Source of the DNA: a virus | Direction: 5' to 3' (one strand) | Length of the DNA stretch: 41,715 nt | IMG/VR virus record: IMGVR_UViG_3300045988_134432 | Span: 1-41,715 of that record | Shown here: positions 34,248 through 40,504 of the stretch, in pieces | Numbering within the stretch: position 1 is the first letter of the stretch | Layout of the letters: every line of letters starts with the position of its first letter | Position numbers and translations under genes: made by a program | The notes under the pieces: generated by a model | Told to the model about the DNA's origin: nothing | The model's database searches: none | What the model saw: only the letters and a program-made list of their open reading frames with translations

Positions 34248-34353
34248 CAGATGGCTTAACTCTCCGTCCGATTGAGTGCTATTTTTAATGATTAACCAAT
34301 TTTATGGAGGAGTTTCGGGGTTATATGTATCGGACAGAGGATTAAGCCATCTG
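34248..34353. repeat. Long inverted repeat IR-C (25-nt arms 34248-34272 / 34329-34353), paralogous to IR-B1
   Basis: The arms are CAGATGGCTTAACTCTCCGTCCGAT and ATCGGACAGAGGATTAAGCCATCTG. On the minus-strand RNA, 22 of 25 positions are Watson-Crick, two are G:U and one is a mismatch. Confidence 0.9.
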
Positions 34354-34364
34354 CCATTATTCTG

Positions 34365-34393
34365 TTGTCTTTCTTTCATATATCTCCTATACT
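34365..34393 (+). promoter_or_regulatory. Candidate promoter TTGTCT-17 nt-TATACT for the plus-strand membrane-protein gene
   Basis: The hexamers lie at 34365-34370 and 34388-34393. The AAAGGAG RBS and the ATG at 34446 lie downstream. Confidence 0.45.
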
Positions 34394-34445
34394 TAATTCA
34401 CAGGGCACCGCCATGCCCGAGTAATAATGAAAGGAGAATAAACCT

Positions 34446-35276
34446 ATGAAATACGATAAAATTAATTCGTTTTCTAAAGAGCTATCGTCAATTCAAAAAA
34501 CTTTAGATTCATATAAAGGATTCACGCAAGCATTCACAAAAAGATCTAACTTTTATGCAAAAACCATTCCACATTCTGCTTTAGCTGCATCCTTAAATGC
34601 GAAAAAATTTGTTCCAAAACCTACGATGGTAGATGCTATTGCTAGCAAAGTGAAATACACTGCAGCCTTAAATGTTAAAGTTATGGGCCTATCCATGGAC
34701 AACTCTGCGCTTGCATCCGCAATTAAACTCTCGTCATGCATAAAAGATTCATATCTAAATGGTCCTGCTGTAAGTGGAGTATGTAAGAGTATACAAAAGC
34801 TTCAAAATACATATACTTCTTCTCTCCAGCAACAGGCTACAGAGTTAATAATTACTTCGAAAGAAATACTTTCTGCTTTTGAAAGTTCTTCAGATTTTGA
34901 TGTGGATCAATTTGAATTTGATCAGGATACAGTTTCTGCACCTATAAGTTTTGTAGATTCCATCTCTGATATTTTTGATAACACTCCATCTATTTCAGAT
35001 ATTTTGTTACCTATTAAGGAAAAGATATCTATCAAACTCTTTATTTCCATCGTAACAACTATTATTTCTGCTATTACTGTTTGTTGCCTCATTACTCAAA
35101 ACAAACTTCAAGCTGAGTCTAATCAAATATCCAAAGAGCAATTACAATTGGATAAAAAATACAAAAAACTTGAGTTTGAGCAAAAAGAACGTGAGCTAGA
35201 TCAAAAAGATCGTGAATTAGATTTAAAAGATGAAGAATTACATTTAAATCTTAATAAGTCCGATTCAAACAATTGA
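34446..35276 (+). CDS. Membrane-anchored coiled-coil protein, reverse-oriented moron inside the early region
   Basis: 276 aa. It has one TM segment (LFISIVTTIISAITVCCLITQ) followed by a repetitive charged tail (KERELDQKDRELDLKDEEL). I recognise no family. Confidence 0.75.
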   Translation: MKYDKINSFSKELSSIQKTLDSYKGFTQAFTKRSNFYAKTIPHSALAASLNAKKFVPKPTMVDAIASKVKYTAALNVKVMGLSMDNSALASAIKLSSCIKDSYLNGPAVSGVCKSIQKLQNTYTSSLQQQATELIITSKEILSAFESSSDFDVDQFEFDQDTVSAPISFVDSISDIFDNTPSISDILLPIKEKISIKLFISIVTTIISAITVCCLITQNKLQAESNQISKEQLQLDKKYKKLEFEQKERELDQKDRELDLKDEELHLNLNKSDSNN

Positions 35277-35286
35277 TTCTCAAAAT

Positions 35287-35499
35287 TTAAATCCAAAAAT
35301 ATATACTCACTCTTCTCAAAAACAAAGCGAACAATACAACATCTAGTGCCATTCGAATCAGTATAAGGTCCTGTTTCTCTGTAGATTCAGGATCTTGCTT
35401 TTTTACTCGCGAAAGTCGGTATATATTAATCCCAAAACTTATCAGCCATACCACACACGCGATATATCTTGTCATATCTACTGTTTTCGTCTTTCCCAC
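35287..35499 (-). CDS. Small two-TM membrane protein
   Basis: 70 aa as tracked. The GTG start is fused to the AGGAGG, so an internal ATG (MTRYIACV...) is an alternative start. Confidence 0.5.
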   Translation of the reverse strand: MGKTKTVDMTRYIACVVWLISFGINIYRLSRVKKQDPESTEKQDLILIRMALDVVLFALFLRRVSIYFWI

Positions 35500-35563
35500 C
35501 TCCTGGTTATTTAGTTTCGTTTTTGTAGATTTACTAATGAGCGCAAGCTCGGAAGTTTGTTAA

Positions 35564-35578
35564 GTCACTAAACGTGAC
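35564..35578. promoter_or_regulatory. Operator-like palindrome GTCAC-N5-GTGAC
   Basis: GTCACTAAACGTGAC overlaps the stop codon of the Cro-like gene. It shares the TCAC-N5-GTGA core with the sites at 35841 and 35887. Confidence 0.4.
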
Positions 35579-35783
35579 ATTTTTCATCAAAAAAAATTTC
35601 CTGTACACTTTTGCCGTAATATGAAGCTAATTTAACTTTAACAACATCACGAGGAATGCGTTCTCCATTTTCATACATTGATATAGCAGATACACTTATG
35701 CCAACAGCATCGGCAACAGTTTCTCTCGAGATGTTTCCTCTTAACTCTCTTAGTCGACACCCAATTTCTTTGGCATCCAACAT
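35568..35783 (-). CDS. Cro-like XRE-family HTH repressor
   Basis: 71 aa. The HTH is ISRETVADAVGISVSAISMYENGERIP. The gene is divergent from the CI-like gene. Confidence 0.8.
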   Translation of the reverse strand: MLDAKEIGCRLRELRGNISRETVADAVGISVSAISMYENGERIPRDVVKVKLASYYGKSVQEIFFDEKCHV

Positions 35784-35827
35784 TTTCTCACTTCCTTTCT
35801 TTATTGTCTTACCTTTGCTTCAACTAT

Positions 35828-35856
35828 ATATTATCATATGTCACGTATTGTGTCAA
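35828..35856 (-). promoter_or_regulatory. Early lytic promoter (TTGACA-17 nt-TAATAT) for the Cro-like gene
   Basis: On the minus strand, TTGACA lies at 35856-35851 and TAATAT at 35833-35828. An operator-like site lies in the spacer and the -35 region. Confidence 0.6.
35841..35853. promoter_or_regulatory. Operator-like site TCAC-N5-GTGT within the early promoter
   Basis: TCACGTATTGTGT is a degenerate copy of the TCAC-N5-GTGA motif. Confidence 0.4.
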
Positions 35857-35886
35857 CACTTTTTGTGACATTTCTATTTACTTTTT

Positions 35887-35899
35887 TCACGTTACGTGA
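35887..35899. promoter_or_regulatory. Operator-like perfect palindrome TCACGT-T-ACGTGA
   Basis: TCACGTTACGTGA lies between a weak plus-strand promoter candidate (TTTACT-17-TATTCT) and the repressor gene. Confidence 0.5.
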
Positions 35900-35946
35900 T
35901 ATTCTTATATCAACAAATACAATATATAAGGAAGGTGATTTATAAA

Positions 35947-36393
35947 GTGGGAAATTTTCAAAATATATTAAAATCGTTGCGAACTTCTCATAGTTTAACT
36001 CAAGATGCTCTCGCAAAAAAATTAAAAATTTCCAGAAGTACTATCGGAATGTATGAAAGCGGAGCTCGTGAACCAGATTTTGAAACATTAGAATTGATTG
36101 CTGATTTCTTCAATGTCGATATCGATTATTTATTAGGAAGAACGCTTAAAACTACTTATATTCCATTTGCTGAAAACCAACCAGAGCTCAACAAAAGAGA
36201 CACAAAACAAATAGAAGAAATCCTACAGCAAACCAAAGACAAACTAACATCCCAAGAAGGATTAATGTTTGATGGCGATCCCGCTTCTCCTGAAGCAATT
36301 GAATCTATTCTAAACGCAATGGAAATTGGGATGGAGATGGCTAAGAAAAAGAACAAGGAAAAATATACACCTAAAAAATATAAAAAGGACTGA
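35947..36393 (+). CDS. CI/ImmR-like XRE-family repressor
   Basis: The ORF track gives 35896..36393. The GTG at 35947 is preceded by AAGGAAGGTGA. The HTH is LTQDALAKKLKISRSTIGMYESGAREP. An ImmA-type protease gene follows. Confidence 0.8.
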   Translation: MGNFQNILKSLRTSHSLTQDALAKKLKISRSTIGMYESGAREPDFETLELIADFFNVDIDYLLGRTLKTTYIPFAENQPELNKRDTKQIEEILQQTKDKLTSQEGLMFDGDPASPEAIESILNAMEIGMEMAKKKNKEKYTPKKYKKD

Positions 36394-36398
36394 TGTGA

Positions 36399-36821
36399 AT
36401 GGACATAAAAAAGATTGTAAATTCGCTTGTCAAGAAACACAAAACAAGAGACCCCTTTGAGATTATCAAGGGAATGAATGTGATCCTTGTGCCAGTGCCA
36501 CTTGAAGGTGTCAGAGGATTCTATCAATATTTTCAACGTAACAACATTATTTATATTGACGATTCTCTTCCAGAACATGAACAAATCCTTGTCTGTGCTC
36601 ATGAGTTAGGTCATATGTTGTTGCATAAAAAAGCTAATGCTTTATTCATGGATACATATACTGGGTTCAATACAACGAAGTATGAAAAAGAAGCGGATCT
36701 ATTTGCTATGGAACTTCTTGTGCCGGACGATATATTTTTAGAGTACCAGGAATACACCACTGGACAGATCGCGCATGCACTCGGCTATAATGAAGAGTTG
36801 ATTAAACTAAGATTAAAATAG
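36399..36821 (+). CDS. immA: ImmA/IrrE-family zinc metalloprotease (anti-repressor protease)
   Basis: 140 aa. The HExxH motif lies in VCAHELGHMLLH. The gene follows the repressor directly, as in ImmR/ImmA modules. Confidence 0.8.
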   Translation: MDIKKIVNSLVKKHKTRDPFEIIKGMNVILVPVPLEGVRGFYQYFQRNNIIYIDDSLPEHEQILVCAHELGHMLLHKKANALFMDTYTGFNTTKYEKEADLFAMELLVPDDIFLEYQEYTTGQIAHALGYNEELIKLRLK

Positions 36822-36921
36822 CGATGACCTACTGCAATAAGCCACCGCTACCTCTAGTGTATAAAATATGTAAGCTATACAAATTTATTATAACATACTT
36901 TATATACGAGGAGGAAAAATT

Positions 36922-37788
36922 ATGAGAAAAAAGTTTTTGTTATTATGGAGTTTATTAGGCATACTGGTACTAATAACTGCTTGTGGATCAAACAAAGAAA
37001 CTGTCAAAGAATATAATATTGATGATTTCCTTAAATCCTATAACAAAGTCGTTAATTCCGTTGAAGAAAAAACAAAATATTGGAGCGATAGCGAAAAGGA
37101 GGAAAATAAATATACTGATGTTATAAAGCAATATGCAGAAAAAAATGATTTATCTATAAATCAAACTATTCAGCTTCGTGGAAAGTTTGCATATATTCTT
37201 GGAACTGCTTTAAATCTTCAAGAAGAGGAAAACTCTGAAAACAGTTTTTTGTGTTTTTTTCATGCATCTAAGAAAAGTACAAAAGTGCCGTCTGAAATCG
37301 CATTGCTGAATCCTGGAGATAATATCAAAGTTGAAGTTACAATATTCCCAAAATATAATGAAAATGGAAAGTCTCGGGCATCTATATATTCAGATAATTG
37401 TAAAGTGATCACTCCAAATTTATCTAAAGTAAAATACAAAAGCAATACAAATAGTGTAATAGGCAATTCCACGACCTCTCGTATCATGGGAAAAGTAGCA
37501 TCTGTTATAGAAAATCCATATTCCGAAGCGGAAAGAAAAAAAATCTCAGATAGTGTCGATTCCAGTGTGTCAGGAGAATATGAATTTTCGTCAGCCTTAC
37601 GGTATGCTACAAATATTGTTAGCCTTAATTTAGATGGTACAGATGATAAACTTCTTTGCTTTGTAAATAAAAGTTATGCAAAACTTCCAAAGACAGGAGA
37701 TAAAATTAGTTTGATTGGAAGTCCTTTTACATATTCAAATACTTTCGGAGTTGATGCAAATTATTCTCCAATTTATATTTTTAAATAA
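36922..37788 (+). CDS. Lipoprotein (lysogeny-module moron)
   Basis: 288 aa. The signal peptide with lipobox is MRKKFLLLWSLLGILVLITAC-GS. The RBS is GAGGAGG. Confidence 0.8.
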   Translation: MRKKFLLLWSLLGILVLITACGSNKETVKEYNIDDFLKSYNKVVNSVEEKTKYWSDSEKEENKYTDVIKQYAEKNDLSINQTIQLRGKFAYILGTALNLQEEENSENSFLCFFHASKKSTKVPSEIALLNPGDNIKVEVTIFPKYNENGKSRASIYSDNCKVITPNLSKVKYKSNTNSVIGNSTTSRIMGKVASVIENPYSEAERKKISDSVDSSVSGEYEFSSALRYATNIVSLNLDGTDDKLLCFVNKSYAKLPKTGDKISLIGSPFTYSNTFGVDANYSPIYIFK

Positions 37789-37805
37789 AAGATAATTACA
37801 AAAAA

Positions 37806-37826
37806 CGCCTGGCTACCAACCAGGCG
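37806..37826. terminator. Stem-loop downstream of the lipoprotein gene (terminator-like, orientation ambiguous)
   Basis: CGCCTGG-ctaccaa-CCAGGCG. An A6 run precedes it on plus, which gives a T6 run after it on minus. The tract after it on plus is weak. Confidence 0.4.
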
Positions 37827-37915
37827 AAATTTAGAAACCTATCAACGTAGTGTATGATATGTCTCTGACTCAACACCAGAATTATATCATACATCCTGCA
37901 AAAACACAATTTGAT

Positions 37916-37942
37916 AAGGGTGTATTTTTTGTACCCTTTTTT
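37916..37942 (+). terminator. Terminator-like hairpin immediately upstream of the integrase RBS
   Basis: AAGGGTGTA-ttttt-TGTACCCTT followed by TTTT. Confidence 0.5.
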
Positions 37943-37960
37943 AGAAAGGAATGATGATAT

Positions 37961-38986
37961 ATGGCAAGAAGAAATCCTAACGGCTACGGCAGTGTAACGA
38001 AATTAAAAGGAAATCGATCACGACCATACGTTGTAAAAGTTACTACATATGATGAAGATGGACACGGAAGGCAGGTCCCAGTGGACTATGCTGCAACTCG
38101 TGAAGAAGCAAATATTATTTTAGCCAGGTACAATGATAATCCTTGGAATATTGATCGCAATCGCGTCACTCTTGCAGAATTATATAAGCGATGGCTTGAA
38201 GTAAAAGCTCCTAAACTTGGAAGTTCTCGTTTATATACACTTAAAGCAGCTTATAAACATTGTCAAAAACTGTACGGAAAGAAATATAGGCAAATACGAG
38301 CTTATCATATGCAAGCAACCATGGACGATTGTGGTCGTAGTTACGCTACACAATCTCATATCAAAGCACTTTGGTGGCATTTAGATAATTTTGCATTTGA
38401 ATTAGACATTATAGATAAGATGTATTCTCAAATAATTTCTGTCAGCACAGAACAGGGAGAAACTAAACGCACTCCATTCACTGAAAAAGAAGTTGAAGAT
38501 CTGTGGAAAATATCTGATCAAAAAAATGTAGATATTGTATTAATCTATATTTACACCGGATTCAGATTAATGGAATTGTTAAATATGACATGTGATCAGA
38601 TCAATCTTGAAGAAGAATATTTTAAAGGCGGAAGCAAATCTTCTTCAGGGAAGAATAGAATTGTGCCAATCCATCCTCGTATCATGCCGTTTGTGAAAAA
38701 TCGGCTAAAGAAAAGTAATGAATATTTTTTAGAAACTGATGAAGGATCTAAATTTAAAAAAGGGGATTTTTATGAAGAATGGAAAACTGTTATTTCCTAT
38801 ATAACAAAGAAGAAGAAAACTCCTCATGAAGCTAGACATACTTTTGAAACATTCCTTGATAATGCAGGTGGTAATAGAAAGTGTATTGATATGCTGATGG
38901 GGCACAAATCTAAAGATGTTGGAAATAGGGTTTATAATCATAAAACAGTAGAACAATTAAGAGAGACAATTCTTTTGTTGAAATAA
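37961..38986 (+). CDS. int: Tyrosine integrase with AP2-like arm-binding N-terminal domain
   Basis: 341 aa. The N-terminus reads NGYGSVTKLKGNRSRPYVVKVT. The C-terminal catalytic pattern is ...HEARHTFETFL...LMGH...VY. Confidence 0.9.
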   Translation: MARRNPNGYGSVTKLKGNRSRPYVVKVTTYDEDGHGRQVPVDYAATREEANIILARYNDNPWNIDRNRVTLAELYKRWLEVKAPKLGSSRLYTLKAAYKHCQKLYGKKYRQIRAYHMQATMDDCGRSYATQSHIKALWWHLDNFAFELDIIDKMYSQIISVSTEQGETKRTPFTEKEVEDLWKISDQKNVDIVLIYIYTGFRLMELLNMTCDQINLEEEYFKGGSKSSSGKNRIVPIHPRIMPFVKNRLKKSNEYFLETDEGSKFKKGDFYEEWKTVISYITKKKKTPHEARHTFETFLDNAGGNRKCIDMLMGHKSKDVGNRVYNHKTVEQLRETILLLK

Positions 38987-39211
38987 TAAATTTCCATTCA
39001 ACAAGTAACAAATTAGTAACACATATGTTAGGAAATGACCATTTTAAGCCATTTCCTAACATTGCAAAATTATTATACCATAAATATTTTCAAATAACAA
39101 ATGCCCAAAACATCGTATTTAAGCCATTTGTTGAATGTTTTAATACTTCTAAACTGCCTCTAAAATGCTATATTTAGTAACAAATTAGTAACATAGAAAT
39201 ATTATTTTTCT
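38987..39211. other. attP-like region: arm-type direct repeats flanking an 11-bp-stem hairpin
   Basis: AGTAACAAATTAGTAACA occurs at 39004-39021 and 39176-39193. GTTAGGAAATG (39027-39037) pairs with CATTTCCTAAC (39050-39060). TTAAGCCATTT occurs twice. The region lies between the end of int and the end of the endolysin gene. Confidence 0.55.
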
Positions 39212-39760
39212 TTACCCTGCGATACCATCAGCAATCGCTTTTGCGATCTTTTTATAACCAACCTTCTTGTAAAGATTATAATCATCTTCATCATCAACGA
39301 AACACACCTCAATAAGGATTGCTTTATTGATTGTATGATTAAGATAATATAAACCGCCCGTTGTTTTGATTCCACGGTTTGTAAATCCAAGTTTTTTCAT
39401 GTTTGCAAGGATTCTGTTACCTGCAGCCTTTTTAATACCTTCTTCCTTTGTGCACCAGATTTCTGTTCCTGCTATCTTTTTATCTCCTTTTCGGTCGTTT
39501 CTGCCACTGTTCAAATGGATTGATACATCGAGTGCTGCTTTTCTTTTGTTACATTTTGCACAGATCTTTTTCAGAACATCGTTTTGACTAGTTCCGTTGC
39601 TGACCGTGCAGTTATATGCTTTGTGCCCTTTTTTCTTTAATAACCTTACAACCTCTTTGCAGATTTTTCTATCTTCTCTGCTTTCGTCCAATAAGTCACT
39701 TGCTCCACACGCGATCTTGCCACTTGGATTATGCCCGCCATGAATATTGTATATTGCCAT
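39212..39760 (-). CDS. N-acetylmuramoyl-L-alanine amidase endolysin (Amidase_3)
   Basis: 182 aa. It contains IHGGHNP...GA....E and ...DVSIHLNSG... An AGGAGG RBS precedes it, and it follows the holin gene. Confidence 0.85.
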   Translation of the reverse strand: MAIYNIHGGHNPSGKIACGASDLLDESREDRKICKEVVRLLKKKGHKAYNCTVSNGTSQNDVLKKICAKCNKRKAALDVSIHLNSGRNDRKGDKKIAGTEIWCTKEEGIKKAAGNRILANMKKLGFTNRGIKTTGGLYYLNHTINKAILIEVCFVDDEDDYNLYKKVGYKKIAKAIADGIAG

Positions 39761-39765
39761 GTTAG

Positions 39766-40227
39766 TTACCTCCTATTTTCTTCTATAATATTTGTTATAT
39801 CTGTTTCGTGTTCTGGTAGTTCTTCTGTCATGTCTTCTAAAAACTTCTGGATAAAATTCTTTATTCTTGTTGGTACTGGTAATCCGCATAGAGTCATGTT
39901 CTTTAAGATGCTGACTGCTTCATATAAAATAAATAACAGGCAGAAAAATTCACAGATTCCTAACTTTTCGATTCCCAGCAACTGTATATATTTTTCAGGA
40001 ACGAAACTTAACATGTTAATATGCATGATCACATCAATTGACATCAGTAAGCACACAGAGAACAACATTGCTGCTTTTCTGATTGCCCCATCAATTCCTA
40101 CACATGAATTAAACTTATGCTCTTTGATTGCTCGCAGTGCTCCAAGGATGGAATCTAAAGATACACAGATCAGGAGTGCTCGAAAGAGCATGTTGCTACC
40201 TAGTAATAATATAATTTCTTTCATCAT
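39766..40227 (-). CDS. Holin (TcdE/holin_4_1-like, multi-TM)
   Basis: 153 aa. It contains LLICVSLDSILGALRAIKEHKFNSCVGIDGAIRKAAMLFSVCLL and lies upstream of the amidase gene. Confidence 0.8.
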   Translation of the reverse strand: MMKEIILLLGSNMLFRALLICVSLDSILGALRAIKEHKFNSCVGIDGAIRKAAMLFSVCLLMSIDVIMHINMLSFVPEKYIQLLGIEKLGICEFFCLLFILYEAVSILKNMTLCGLPVPTRIKNFIQKFLEDMTEELPEHETDITNIIEENRR

Positions 40228-40257
40228 TTTGTTTTTCCTTTCTTATCTGGTTTGTTG

Positions 40258-40283
40258 CATAAAAATAAGACCTATTAGGTCTT
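40258..40283 (-). terminator. Terminator/attenuator hairpin ~30 nt upstream of the holin start codon
   Basis: On the minus strand: AAGACCT-aat-AGGTCTT followed by ATTTTTAT. Confidence 0.5.
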
Positions 40284-40317
40284 GCTCTGATTCTCATATT
40301 TGCTTGTCTCCTTTCTC

Positions 40318-40346
40318 TTGACATTGTTGTAAAAAATTGTTATAAT
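40318..40346 (+). promoter_or_regulatory. Perfect consensus sigma-70 promoter TTGACA-17 nt-TATAAT
   Basis: TTGACA lies at 40318-40323 and TATAAT at 40341-40346, with a spacer of exactly 17 nt. There is no plus-strand ORF downstream. Confidence 0.7.
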
Positions 40347-40352
40347 TTTAAA

Positions 40353-40423
40353 GAAGTTTTTTCATACTCGATGTATAAAACCCCTATACATCGCAAAAGG
40401 ACGTTCAAAAAACGTCCTTTTTT
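40353..40423 (+). ncRNA. Candidate ~70-nt sRNA (single-stranded 5' segment, 9-bp hairpin, terminator hairpin)
   Basis: The predicted start is ~7 nt after the -10 element. Hairpin 1 is CGATGTATA-aaacccc-TATACATCG (40369-40393). Hairpin 2 is GGACGTT-caaaa-AACGTCC plus T6 (40399-40423). Confidence 0.45.
40399..40423. terminator. Bidirectional rho-independent terminator
   Basis: The stem GGACGTT/AACGTCC is flanked by AAAA upstream and TTTTTT downstream. Confidence 0.65.
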
Positions 40424-40466
40424 ATTGCGTAAAATTATTAGTTGCCCATAGGTATTTTTAGATATT

Positions 40467-40490
40467 AAAAAAGACGTTCTCTCGAACGCC
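40467..40490 (-). terminator. Rho-independent terminator of the DUF2971-like gene
   Basis: On the minus strand: GGCGTTC-gaga-GAACGTC (one G:U pair) followed by TTTTTT. Confidence 0.6.
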
Positions 40491-40504
40491 TTTAAATTTA
40501 GATT

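Noticed and set aside
34325-34345. 6-codon mini-ORF (MYRTED) in the loop and right arm of the 34.3-kb hairpin, downstream of GGAGGAG
   Set aside because: The SD-to-ATG spacing is about 14 nt, which is too long, and the ORF is trivially short. It is more likely a by-product of the inverted repeat.
36156-36602. 148-aa minus-strand ORF overlapping the repressor and ImmA genes
   Set aside because: It is antisense to two genes with clear HTH and HExxH motifs. It has no RBS and an implausible sequence.
39731-40321. 196-aa plus-strand ORF across the holin gene
   Set aside because: It is antisense to a well-supported holin. It has no RBS, and its 3' end merely runs into the intergenic promoter region.
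40371-40451. 26-aa ATG-initiated frame within the sRNA candidate (MYKTPIHRKRTFKKRPFLLRKIISCP)
   Set aside because: It has no Shine-Dalgarno element, the start codon is buried in the hairpin stem, and the frame runs through the terminator.
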